From positions 1-64,000 of the forward strand of contig JBBQUR010000012.1 of NCBI GenBank assembly GCA_038212275.1: a stretch of DNA of 64,000 bases. Reading direction: 5' to 3'. The notes below the pieces were generated by a model. That model was not told where the DNA came from. It saw nothing but the letters and a program-made list of their open reading frames with translations, and did not search any database. Positions within the stretch are counted from its first letter, which is position 1, and the number at the start of each line of letters is the position of its first letter. A program made the translations under genes and the position numbers. The stretch comes from Planctomycetota bacterium (GTDB lineage: Bacteria > Planctomycetota > B15-G4). This document shows, one piece after another, positions 40,861-53,972 of this stretch.

Positions 40861-42513
40861 ATGGCCGTGAAGGAAGGTTGGGGATCCCGCGTGGGCCTCG
40901 TGCTCGCGATGGCGGGCAACGCGGTGGGACTCGGCAACTTCCTGCGCTTTCCCGCGCAGGCCGCGCAGTACGGGGGCGGGGCCTTCCTCATCCCGTACTT
41001 CGTATCCTTCCTGCTCATGGGGATCCCGCTGCTCTGGGTGGAGTGGGCCATCGGGCGCCACGGCGGACTGCTGGGGCACCACAGCACGCCGGGCTCGATC
41101 CAGGCGCTGGGCAAGCCGCGCTGGTTCAAGTACCTCGGCGTCTTCGGCCTCTTCACCAACCTCACGGTGGCGGCCTTCTACTGCTACCTCGAGAGCTGGG
41201 CGCTCGCCTACGTGTGGTACTCGGTCAGCGGCGCCTTCAGCGGCCAGTCGCCGGCGGAGGTGGCCAGCTTCTTCGACCACTACACGGACATCCAGGTGAA
41301 CGGGACCGGGATGAACTTTCCGATCCCGGCCATCGGCTTCTTCCTGGCGACGCTCGGCCTCAACGTGTGGATCCTGTCCCGCGGGCTCTCGAAGGGCGTC
41401 GAGATCGCCAGCAAGATCGGCATGCCGCTGCTGATCGCCTTCGGCGTCATCCTCGCGATCCGCTCGCTGACGCTCGATGCGGGCGAGCAGGGTGCGACAT
41501 ACAGCGCGATGGACGGCCTCAACTTCCTGTGGACACCGAAGTACGACAGCCTCAAGGATCCCAAGGTCTGGCTGGCGGCCGCGGGGCAGATCTTCTTCAC
41601 GCTGTCCGTGGGCATGGGTTCGATCCACTGCTACGCGAGCTACGTCAAGCGCAAGCAGGACATCGCGCTCAACGCGGCCTCCGCCGGCTGGATGAATGAG
41701 TTCGTCGAGGTGATCCTCGGCGGCTCCATCGTGGTGCCGATCTCGGCGGCCTACCTCGGCCTCGCGTGGGTGCAGGACCCGGGCAACGTCGGCCTGATGA
41801 TGGGCTTCAAGACCATGCCCACGCTGTTCAACAACTGGGGCTGGCTGGCGCCCGTCGCGGGCTGCATGTGGTTCGGGTTGCTCTTCTTTGCGGGCATCAC
41901 CAGTTCGCTGGCGATGGGCCAGCCGGTCATGGCCTTCATGCAGGATGAGTTCAAGCAGAGCCGCAACCGCTCGGCGCTGACCTTCGGCTTCTGGACCTTC
42001 CTGCTCGCGCTGCCGTGCATCCTGTTCTTCAGCGCTGGGGCCTTCAACGAGTTCGACTGGTGGGCCGGCTCGGTCGCGCTGGTGATCTTCGCGCTGGGCG
42101 AGTCGCTCATCTTCGCCTACGCCTTCGGCATCGACCGCGGCTGGGAGGAGATCACGCGCGGCGCGGACATCGTCGTGCCGCGCTTCTTCCGCTTCGTGAT
42201 CAAGTACGTGACGCCGCTGTTCCTGCTGCTCGTGTTCCTGGGCACGCTCGTCAAGCCGCTAGGCGGCGACTTCATTGCGGCCTTCCAGCGGCTGGGCCGC
42301 GGCGAGAGCTGGAGCTTCGACGGGGAGTCGATCATCGGCTCGATCGCGCACGTCGGCGTGGTCGACACCACGTGGTGGAACGGCGAGGAACTCACGCACC
42401 TGTTCTACATCGACGCCACGCGCATCCTGCTCACTGCGACCTTCCTCGCGCTGGCGTTCATGGTCTGGAAGGCCTTCAGGAAAAACGGCCGGTCGGCGGA
42501 GGTCTCGTCATGA
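40861..42513 (+). CDS. Sodium-dependent transporter (NSS/SNF family)
   Basis: GNAVGLGNFLRFP, GGGAFLIPY, AAGQIFFTLSVG and FFAGITSS. Confidence 0.93.
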   Translation: MAVKEGWGSRVGLVLAMAGNAVGLGNFLRFPAQAAQYGGGAFLIPYFVSFLLMGIPLLWVEWAIGRHGGLLGHHSTPGSIQALGKPRWFKYLGVFGLFTNLTVAAFYCYLESWALAYVWYSVSGAFSGQSPAEVASFFDHYTDIQVNGTGMNFPIPAIGFFLATLGLNVWILSRGLSKGVEIASKIGMPLLIAFGVILAIRSLTLDAGEQGATYSAMDGLNFLWTPKYDSLKDPKVWLAAAGQIFFTLSVGMGSIHCYASYVKRKQDIALNAASAGWMNEFVEVILGGSIVVPISAAYLGLAWVQDPGNVGLMMGFKTMPTLFNNWGWLAPVAGCMWFGLLFFAGITSSLAMGQPVMAFMQDEFKQSRNRSALTFGFWTFLLALPCILFFSAGAFNEFDWWAGSVALVIFALGESLIFAYAFGIDRGWEEITRGADIVVPRFFRFVIKYVTPLFLLLVFLGTLVKPLGGDFIAAFQRLGRGESWSFDGESIIGSIAHVGVVDTTWWNGEELTHLFYIDATRILLTATFLALAFMVWKAFRKNGRSAEVSS

Positions 42514-42629
42514 ATGACAGCGCGCTGATTTTCCTGCTGGTGACCTGGAGCGTCATCTCCTTCTTCTGCTTCAAGTTCTTCATCAAGGTGGTGCGGACAC
42601 CGCCGCGCCCGGGCGATGACGACGATTGA
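42510..42629 (+). CDS. 39-aa single-TM protein, putative NSS transporter small subunit (MetS-like)
   Basis: GGAGG RBS and ATGA overlap with the NSS stop; MNDSALIFLLVTWSVISFFCFKFFIKVV. Confidence 0.7.
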   Translation: MNDSALIFLLVTWSVISFFCFKFFIKVVRTPPRPGDDDD

Positions 42630-42791
42630 GTCCGGCGCCCGCGTGTCCCCGGCGAGTCGCCGCGAACCGCGCTGGGGTGGCTCCTGGCGCATCGGTCGTT
42701 CGGCTGCAGCCGACTGCGCCCCGCCCGCGTCTGGCACGACGCGCACCGATTCGCTAGCTTCCCTTCCTTCGCACACAGCCCCGAGGACACC

Positions 42792-43148
42792 ATGACCCAC
42801 GTTGTCACAGCCCGCTGCCTCGATTGCCGCTACACCGACTGCTGCGCCGTCTGCCCGGTCGAGGCTTTTCACAAGCTCGACGACCCGGCGATGCTCGTCA
42901 TCAACCCGGGCGTCTGCATCGACTGCCAGCTCTGCGTGCCCGAATGCCCCGTCCATGCGATCTACGCCGACAACGAACTGCCGGCGCACTACGCGGACTG
43001 GAAGGACATGAACACGGCCCTCGCCGACATGGGCGAGAAGATCACCAAGAAGGAGCCCGCCATGGCCGGCGCGGCGACGCTCGAGCAGATGCACGCCAAG
43101 GAGCGCGCAGCAGGCTGGACTCCGGTGGAGCCCGCCGGCGCGCCGTGA
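42792..43148 (+). CDS. Ferredoxin (FdxA-like dicluster type)
   Basis: GAGGA RBS; CLDCRYTDCCAVCP and CIDCQLCVPECP. Confidence 0.92.
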   Translation: MTHVVTARCLDCRYTDCCAVCPVEAFHKLDDPAMLVINPGVCIDCQLCVPECPVHAIYADNELPAHYADWKDMNTALADMGEKITKKEPAMAGAATLEQMHAKERAAGWTPVEPAGAP

Positions 43149-43206
43149 GGCCCGCCTGAGCTCCGGCTGCCACACGTCGGCATCGCGCCGCCGCGGGGGC
43201 GATCGA

Positions 43207-43245
43207 CGCGGCCCGTCATCGGGGAATTCCCGGTGACGGGCCGCG
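43207..43245. terminator. 17-bp stem-loop after the ferredoxin gene
   Basis: CGCGGCCCGTCATCGGG-GAATT-CCCGGTGACGGGCCGCG. Confidence 0.6.
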
Positions 43246-43249
43246 CCGC

Positions 43250-43299
43250 TTGACCGGCAGTCAGGGGGCGGCCACACTGTTCATCCTTTCATCCGGATG
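43250..43299 (+). promoter_or_regulatory. Sigma70-type promoter with putative SahR operator
   Basis: TTGACC (43250-55), 17 nt, CACACT (43273-78); palindrome CATCC-N8-GGATG (43282-43299) overlapping the ATG. Confidence 0.65.
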
Positions 43300-44390
43300 G
43301 ACGGATTGTTGACTGCCGCCACCTCTCGCAGCGCACCCACGCCCCGGGCCGGCCCTCCGACGGGCGCGAGTCTCGCAGAGGCCACGGCGCTGCTGCGCCT
43401 GCTCTCGGATGCCTCGCGCGTGCGGCTCCTGCACCTGCTCCACGGCCAGGAGCTCACGGTGGCGGAGCTGACGGGCGCCTGCCGGTTGGCTCAGTCGCGC
43501 GTGTCCAGCCATCTGGGCCAGCTGCGGACGGCGGGCTTCCTGCGGGTGCGAAAGGCCGGCACGTCCACCTACTACGCGCTGCACGAGGCCGGGCTTCCCG
43601 CCGACGCGGCGCGGCTGTGGGACCTGCTGCGCGAGCGCACGGACGACGCGCTGCTGTCGGAAGACCGCGGCCGGCTTGCCGAGCTGCTGCGGGCGCGGCA
43701 GGGGAGCTGGGCCGACAGCGTGGCCGGCAGCATGGAGCGGCATTATTCGCCGGGCCGCACCTGGGAGGCGGCCGCCCGCGCGCTGGTCGGCCTCGCGCGG
43801 CTGGGCCGCGTGCTCGACATCGCTTCGGGCGACGGCGCGCTGGCCGAACTGCTCGCGCCCCGCGCAACCTCCGTCACCTGCCTCGACCTCTCGCCCCGCG
43901 TGGTCGAGGCCGGCGACGCGCGGCTCGCCCTCGCCGGGAGGTCGCGCGCCGGATCGCGCGCCGGATCGCGCGCCCGATCTCGCGCCGGGTCGCGCGCCTC
44001 GCGCGTCGCGGCCGCGGACCTGCCGGTCGGTCGCGTGCGCTTCCTGCGCGGCGACATGCACGCGCTGCCCTTCGCGGAGGGCTCCTTCGACGAGGTGCTG
44101 CTGCTCAACGCGCTGACCTTCGCGCGCGACCCGCGCCGCGTCGTGGCCGAGGCCGTCCGCGTGCTGGCCCCCGGCGGCACGCTGCTGGCGGTCGCGCTGA
44201 AGGCGCACCGTCACGAGGCCGCTGCCGCCGCCTTCGATCACGTGCAGAACGGCTTTCAGCCGAAGAAGCTGCGCGAGCTCTTCGAGCACGCCGGCTGCGA
44301 GGTCTCGCTCTGCGACGTCACGTCGCGCGAGAAGCAGCCGCCGCATTTCGAGATCATCACCGTCCACGCCCGCCGCCGAGGAAAGTCCCG

Positions 44391-44394
<4 letters not shown>
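43297..44394 (+). CDS. ArsR-HTH plus SAM-binding methyltransferase-fold regulator (SahR/SamR-like)
   Basis: [10 protein letters not shown]...ELTVAEL...[33 protein letters not shown]-coupled to metH. Confidence 0.85.
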
Positions 44395-48275
<3,881 letters not shown>

Positions 48276-48716
48276 CCGGCGGCGTGGAGCTGCGCCTGCG
48301 CCTCGGGCGAGCAGTCGTCGTCATGGCCGGCGAGGTGCAGCATGAGCGGCGTGACGATGCCGCCCGCCTCCGGCAGGCCCTGCTCGACGTGGACGCCGCA
48401 GGAGCCGACCGCGGCGTCGGGTCGCCCGCGGTCCGCGCTGCGCGGAAGGGTACCCGCAGCCTGGCGCCCCGAGGCCGAGCCACCGCGCGCCGGTACAGGC
48501 CGGTACAGGCGGCATGAGGTCTGGCGGACTCCAGCAAAGTCGCCGCGGTCGATGGCGCGGCCGGATGGGAGCGTGCGTGCAGGGGACTGCGCATGCGGGC
48601 CGGATGGAATCGCGCGGATCGCGTCGCGTCGCCGTCACGGGAGTGGAGGCCCGCCCGACACGCGCGCTAGAATCCGCGGCTTCGTTTCCGCGCCCGGAGT
48701 GCCGCCCTTGCCCGAG

Positions 48717-49484
48717 ATGATCCGCGTCGATCACGTGAGCAAGCGCTACGGCAGTCACCTGGCGGTGGATGACGTGTCCTTCTCCATCGGCGACGGCGAG
48801 GTCGTCGGCTTCCTCGGGCCCAATGGCGCGGGCAAGAGCACGCTGCTGCGGATGATGTCCACGTGGTTGGTGCCGACCTCCGGCACGCTGGCCATCGACG
48901 GTCACGACACGGTGGCCGAGCCGCTCGCGGTGCGGCGCTCGCTGGGATATCTCACGGAGCACAACGCGCTGTACGAGGGCATGCGCGTGGATCGCTTCCT
49001 GCGTTTCATGGGGCGCTCGCGCGGGCTCTCCGGCGCGCATCTTGCGGAGCGCACGGACTGGGTCGTGCAGGCCTGCACGCTCGGCGCCGTGCTGGGCAAG
49101 AAGGTGCAGGAGTGCAGCAAGGGCTTCCGCCAGCGCATCGGCGTGGCTGCGGCGCTCATCCACGACCCGCGCGTCATCCTGCTCGACGAACCGACGCACG
49201 GGCTCGATCCGCTGCAGGTCGTCGCCTTCCGCGAGTTCGTGCAGGGGCTGCGGCAGGGGCGCGCCATCCTCTTCAGCAGCCACATCCTGTCGGAGGTGCT
49301 CTCCATCTCCGAGCGCGTGCTGGTCATCCACCAGGGGCGGCTGCTCGCCGACCGGGCCGTCGCCAGCCTGCACGCCGAGGCCCGCCAGCGCGGCATCGAC
49401 ATCGAGCAGGTCGTGCTCGACATCGTGCGGGCCCACGACAACGGCGGCGTGGGCGTGGCGCCGAAGCGCGGAGGCGCGGCATGA
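48717..49484 (+). CDS. ABC transporter ATP-binding protein (GldA-like)
   Basis: GPNGAGKST, CSKGFRQR, ILLDEPT and SSH; TAGAAT at 48668. Confidence 0.9.
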   Translation: MIRVDHVSKRYGSHLAVDDVSFSIGDGEVVGFLGPNGAGKSTLLRMMSTWLVPTSGTLAIDGHDTVAEPLAVRRSLGYLTEHNALYEGMRVDRFLRFMGRSRGLSGAHLAERTDWVVQACTLGAVLGKKVQECSKGFRQRIGVAAALIHDPRVILLDEPTHGLDPLQVVAFREFVQGLRQGRAILFSSHILSEVLSISERVLVIHQGRLLADRAVASLHAEARQRGIDIEQVVLDIVRAHDNGGVGVAPKRGGAA

Positions 49485-50326
49485 GCGCGGCACCAGGTGG
49501 TGACACTGCGCGCGGCGCAGCCGCTGGCGGAACGAGCGGGGCTGCGGGCGGTCGGGCCGGTGGCGCGCGCGCCGGGCTTTCGCCGGGCCAGTTCCTCGCC
49601 GGCTCGCTGGTCATCGCCGGGCGCGAGCTGGCTTCGTTCTTCGACGGCGGCATCGCCTACGTCTACACGATCGCCTTCACGCTGCTCGCCAACTCGATCT
49701 TCATGAACGAGTTCTTCCTGGTCGGCACCGCCGACATGCGCGCCTACTTCGAACTCATGCCGCTGCTGCTGGCCTTCTTCCTGCCCGCGGTGACGATGCG
49801 CCTGTGGGCCGAGGAGCGCAAGCAGCGCACGATCGAGCTGCTGCTGACGCTGCCGATCGTGCCGCTGCAGGCCGTGACGGGCAAGTACCTCGCCGCGCTC
49901 GCGCTCTTCGCATTCTTCCTGCTCGGCTCGCTGCCGATCGTCGTCATGCTCGGCGTGCTCGGGCAGCCGGACGCGGGCCTGCTCGTCGCGGGCTACCTCG
50001 GACTCTTCGGGCTCGGCGCGCTTTTCCTCGCGTTCGGCGGCTTCCTGTCGTCGCTCAGCAGCGACCAGATCGTGGCCTTCGTCACCAGCACGCTGCTCGG
50101 CTTCCTGCTCGTGCTCACCGGCAACGACCGCGTCGTCGCCGTCGTGGACGGGCTCTTCCCCGCGCTGGCGCTGGGCAGCCTGCTGCGCGAGTCCTTCTCG
50201 GTCATGCCGCACTTCGAGGCCTTCCTCGCGGGCACCGTGTCACTGGCGTCGGTGCTGTACTTCGGCCTGCTCGCGCTGCTCTTCCTGTGGCTCAATGCGC
50301 TGGTGCTCGAGAAGAACCGCGCATGA
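49481..50326 (+). CDS. ABC-2 permease (GldF-like)
   Basis: RELASFF, PAVTMRLWAEERKQRTIELLLTLP, GKYLAA and DQIVAF. Confidence 0.88.
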   Translation: MSAAPGGDTARGAAAGGTSGAAGGRAGGARAGLSPGQFLAGSLVIAGRELASFFDGGIAYVYTIAFTLLANSIFMNEFFLVGTADMRAYFELMPLLLAFFLPAVTMRLWAEERKQRTIELLLTLPIVPLQAVTGKYLAALALFAFFLLGSLPIVVMLGVLGQPDAGLLVAGYLGLFGLGALFLAFGGFLSSLSSDQIVAFVTSTLLGFLLVLTGNDRVVAVVDGLFPALALGSLLRESFSVMPHFEAFLAGTVSLASVLYFGLLALLFLWLNALVLEKNRA

Positions 50327-50336
50327 TCGGCCGCGC

Positions 50337-53300
50337 GTGAAAGGCCGCGAGCGCCTCACGCTGCTGCTCGTCCTGCTGCTGGGCGGCTGGTGCGCGTTGC
50401 TGGCCGCGCGTGTCGCCGGACACGACCGCACTGCGCGCGCCGAGCTGGGCCGCTTCAAGCTCACGCAGCTGGAGCCCGCGACGCGCGCGCGCCTCGACGC
50501 GCTGCAGGACCGCGTGCTGCTGACCTTCTACGTGAGCGACCGCGCCGCCATGCCGTCATCGATGGGCACCCTCGAGCGCGACGCCACGGACCTGCTGCAG
50601 ACCCTGGCTGCCGCGACGCACGGCAAGCTGGCCTTCCAGGTGGCGGATCCGGGCGCCGACGCGGACCTCGCCCGCTTCGCGGCGGCCGCCGGCGCGTCGC
50701 CGATCCGCGTGCGCAGCGTCGAGCGCGACGGCTACAGCGAGAAAGAGGTGTGGTCCGCGCTGACCATCGCCTACGGCAGCCATCCGCCCGTAACCATCAA
50801 CGGCCTGCTGCCCGAGCGCCTGCCGCGGCTGCAGTCGCTGCTCGTCGCGGAACTGGACCAGCTGGAGTCGCCGCGACGACCGGTCATCGCGCTCGCGGCG
50901 CCCGCCGGCTACGACGAGCTGGCCGCCGCCCTGGCCACGCGCGGCGACGTGCAGCGCGTGGACCTCGACGGCGGTGCGCCCTTCCCCGACCGCGCCGACC
51001 TGCTGCTGTGGATGGACCCTGCCCGCGCGGACAGCGCGCGCGTGCGCGAGCTGGAGCTGTTTCTGCAGGGCGGCCGCTCCGCGATCGTCGCCGGCAGCGC
51101 GCAGGAACTGGTCGAGCCCGTGACCGTCGATGGTCACGGCGAGCCGCAGCTGGCCTTCCGCACCACGGGTCGTGACGGAGCGGCGCTGCTCTCCGGCTTC
51201 GGGCTGTCGAGCGTGTCCGGCGTGGTCTGCGACCAGTGGATGGACGTGCTCACCGTCGGCGACAGGCAGTTCGGTCTGCCGTGTGTCTTCCGATCGATCG
51301 CGCCGAACCAGGACTTCCGCACGTTCCGCGATCAGCCCAACGGACACCTGCAGTTCTCCGTGCCCACGCCTTATCGCCTGGACGCCGGGCGACTCGCCGC
51401 GCGCGGTCTGTCCGCCGAGCTGCTCGCCTCATCGTCGGACGCCACGTGGATCGTCCCGCAGCCGGACGCTCCGCTGCCACTCTCGCAGCTGAGTGCGGAG
51501 TACGGCCAGCTTGCACCGCGACAACCACTGCTCGTGGCGCTGCGTCCGACCGATCCATGGGGCGGACTGCTCGTCGCAGGAGCGGCGAGCACGCCCTTTC
51601 GTGACGGCGAACTGCAGCGTCAAGGCTACGCACACGAGGCGTTGCTCGGCCTGCTGCTCGACGGACTCGTGAACGATGCGCGCCTCGTGCAGAGCCGCGT
51701 CGGCCTCGATCGCCCCGCGCCGATCCCCGAGCTGAGCACGGCCGCGCGCGCCTTCTGGCGTGCGGCGTGCGTGCTGCTGTTTCCCGCGGCGCTGCTGGCC
51801 GCGGCGCTGCTCACGTCCCGCAGGCGGCGCCGCGCACGCGTCGTGGCGCCTGCCACGAACGCGGCGCCCGACACGAACGCGGCGCCCGACACGAACGCGG
51901 CGCCTGCCGCGACGGTGGCGCCTGCCACGAAGGCGGCACGCGGCACGACGGCGCTTCCGACGCGCGGCTGGAAGCTGCGCGCCGTGCTGATCGGCGCGAG
52001 CGGCGCGGTGGCGGCGCTGCTGCTCGTGTCCGCCGCGCGCTCGAGCGGCGCGCAAGCCGATCTCAGCGCCGACCGCCTGAACGAGCTCTCGCCGACGACG
52101 GCCGATCTCGCCTCGCGAGCCACCGGCGCCGATGCGCTGGTCGCAGAGCTCTGGTTCTCGCCGCGAGACCGCCTGCCGCCCGCGTTGCGCCCCGGACTCT
52201 CGCGCCTCACCGACCTGCTGCACGAACTGCAGCGCGCGGGCGCCTCGCTCGACGTGCAGGTCATGCTCCCCGAGGACCTGGATGAGGCGGGCCGGCTCGC
52301 GCTCGCCACCGAGGGCATTGCGCCGGTGGACATCACGACGCGCGACGACGAGGTCACCAGCGTGCGCAGCGTGTGGTGCTCGCTGCGGCTGCGCCGGGCG
52401 CAGGGCGGCGCCGGGCCCGATCGCAGCACGGTGCTCTCGTTCCCCGACGCTGAAAGCCTGCAACCGCTGGAGTTCCGGCTGGCCTTCGCGCTGTGGCGCC
52501 TGGAGACGGGTCGCCAGCCGCTGGTCGGGTTCGCGTCCGACGCGCCGCGGCTCTCGGCCGCCGAGGCGCACGAGCTCTACCAGAAGCGCGGCCTCATCCC
52601 GCCGCAGGGCAGCGACGTCTATGCGCTGGCCCGCGCCGCCGTGGAGAGCTGGGACTTCCGCGTCGTGCACGTCAATCCGCGCGAGGGCGCACTGCCCGCG
52701 GCGCTGGACGCGCTCGTCTGGCTGCAGCCGCGCCGCCCGGTGGGCCCGATGCTGCAGCAGACCGTGCAGTATCTGCATGGCGGTGGTCACGTGCTCATCG
52801 CGGCGCAGCACTTCGCGATGCAGTCGCGCCAGTTTCCCGGGCTGGCCTTCAAGCTGCAGTACTGGCCGCAGCCGCAGAGCACCGACCTCGAGACGGAGTA
52901 CTTCCCGGAGATCGGTGTCCACCTCGTGCGCGAGCCGCTCTTCGACGAACTCATGGGCGCGCTGCCGCTCACGTCGATGCTCTACGAGGGCGGGTCGCGC
53001 GACGTCAGCACGATGGATGCGGCGCTGCCCTTCTTCCTGCGCGTGCCCTCCGCCAATCAGGACGGCGACTTGCCGGTCATGCGCAACCTCGGCGACCAGG
53101 TGCTGCCCTTCGCGTCCGCACTCCACGTCGACGAGGAGCTGCTGGCGCGCAACGACCTGCACGCCCGGACGCTCATGACCACGTCGCCGCACAGCTGGAG
53201 CCTGGCGTGGGGAGGCGGCGCGATTCCCGACGAGATCGTCGCTGGCCCGCCGCGCGACGAGCACGGCACGCAGGTCTGGCGAGGCCGGCTGCCGCTCGCG

Positions 53301-53972
53301 ATCGAGTTGACGGGGCAGTTTCCGTTGCCGGCCGAGAGTCTCGCGCCCGCGCCGGAAGTGCGCGACGAGAACGGCGTGGCGCTCGACCCTCAGCCTCCGG
53401 CGCCGCCGTATCCGCCGGCCGGTCTGCCTCCCGCGGCGCCCGGGCGCCTGCTCTTCTTCGGAGACTCCGAACTCTTCAAGAACCAGCGCATGCTCGATCA
53501 GGCTTTCCGCGCGGATCACCTGCTGCTCAACGCCGTGGCCTCGCTCGCCCTGCCGCCGGAGCTTGCGGACGTGGCGACGCGCCGCGCCGTGGCGCGCGGC
53601 TTCGAACTGCTCGATCCGGAGCAGCGGCTGCGCTGGCGCGCCCTCGTGCTCGGCGGCTTTCCGGCGGCGGCCCTGCTCTTCGGCGCGTGCTGGTCGCTGC
53701 TGCGCAAACGTCGCATCGACACGCCGCACCGCCATGCGCCCGGTGGTGCGCCCGGTGGCACGCCCGGTGGCACGCCCGGTGGCACGCGCGGTGGCACGCG
53801 CGGTGGCACGCACAGTGGTACGCACGGTGGCACGCACAGTGGCACGCACAGTGGCACGCACAGTGGTACGCACGGTGGTACGCACGGTGGTACGCACGGT
53901 GGCACGCACGAGCCGCCGACCGGCGACTCGACCGGTGCTCCGACCGGTGCGTCCCCGGGGGACTCGCGATGA
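50337..53972 (+). CDS. GldG-like ABC auxiliary protein with two tandem modules
   Basis: Two TM-flanked periplasmic modules, each starting with an L...T...L motif and containing (F/Y)L.GG; start is uncertain. Confidence 0.78.
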   Translation: MKGRERLTLLLVLLLGGWCALLAARVAGHDRTARAELGRFKLTQLEPATRARLDALQDRVLLTFYVSDRAAMPSSMGTLERDATDLLQTLAAATHGKLAFQVADPGADADLARFAAAAGASPIRVRSVERDGYSEKEVWSALTIAYGSHPPVTINGLLPERLPRLQSLLVAELDQLESPRRPVIALAAPAGYDELAAALATRGDVQRVDLDGGAPFPDRADLLLWMDPARADSARVRELELFLQGGRSAIVAGSAQELVEPVTVDGHGEPQLAFRTTGRDGAALLSGFGLSSVSGVVCDQWMDVLTVGDRQFGLPCVFRSIAPNQDFRTFRDQPNGHLQFSVPTPYRLDAGRLAARGLSAELLASSSDATWIVPQPDAPLPLSQLSAEYGQLAPRQPLLVALRPTDPWGGLLVAGAASTPFRDGELQRQGYAHEALLGLLLDGLVNDARLVQSRVGLDRPAPIPELSTAARAFWRAACVLLFPAALLAAALLTSRRRRRARVVAPATNAAPDTNAAPDTNAAPAATVAPATKAARGTTALPTRGWKLRAVLIGASGAVAALLLVSAARSSGAQADLSADRLNELSPTTADLASRATGADALVAELWFSPRDRLPPALRPGLSRLTDLLHELQRAGASLDVQVMLPEDLDEAGRLALATEGIAPVDITTRDDEVTSVRSVWCSLRLRRAQGGAGPDRSTVLSFPDAESLQPLEFRLAFALWRLETGRQPLVGFASDAPRLSAAEAHELYQKRGLIPPQGSDVYALARAAVESWDFRVVHVNPREGALPAALDALVWLQPRRPVGPMLQQTVQYLHGGGHVLIAAQHFAMQSRQFPGLAFKLQYWPQPQSTDLETEYFPEIGVHLVREPLFDELMGALPLTSMLYEGGSRDVSTMDAALPFFLRVPSANQDGDLPVMRNLGDQVLPFASALHVDEELLARNDLHARTLMTTSPHSWSLAWGGGAIPDEIVAGPPRDEHGTQVWRGRLPLAIELTGQFPLPAESLAPAPEVRDENGVALDPQPPAPPYPPAGLPPAAPGRLLFFGDSELFKNQRMLDQAFRADHLLLNAVASLALPPELADVATRRAVARGFELLDPEQRLRWRALVLGGFPAAALLFGACWSLLRKRRIDTPHRHAPGGAPGGTPGGTPGGTRGGTRGGTHSGTHGGTHSGTHSGTHSGTHGGTHGGTHGGTHEPPTGDSTGAPTGASPGDSR
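51843..51932 (+). repeat. In-frame 18-bp tandem repeat (x5) in the GldG inter-module linker
   Basis: GCGGCGCCCGACACGAAC-like units encoding AAPDTN. Confidence 0.9.
53742..53909 (+). repeat. In-frame 12-bp tandem repeat (x14) encoding a (G/S)GT(H/P/R) tail
   Basis: GGTGGCACGCAC-like units; nine regularly spaced His codons. Confidence 0.95.

Noticed and set aside
43149..43296. SAM, SAH or cobalamin riboswitch upstream of the metH operon
   Set aside because: No riboswitch consensus recognised; the hairpin lies upstream of the predicted promoter and the leader is too short.
43617..44390. Apparent 258-aa N-terminal extension of MetH
   Set aside because: It overlaps the SahR-like gene in another frame; the ATG at 44391 overlaps the regulator stop and gives a normal-length MetH.
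48276..48716. N-terminal extension of the ABC ATPase ORF from 48342
   Set aside because: Not protein-like; a TAGAAT box at 48668 supports the start at 48717.
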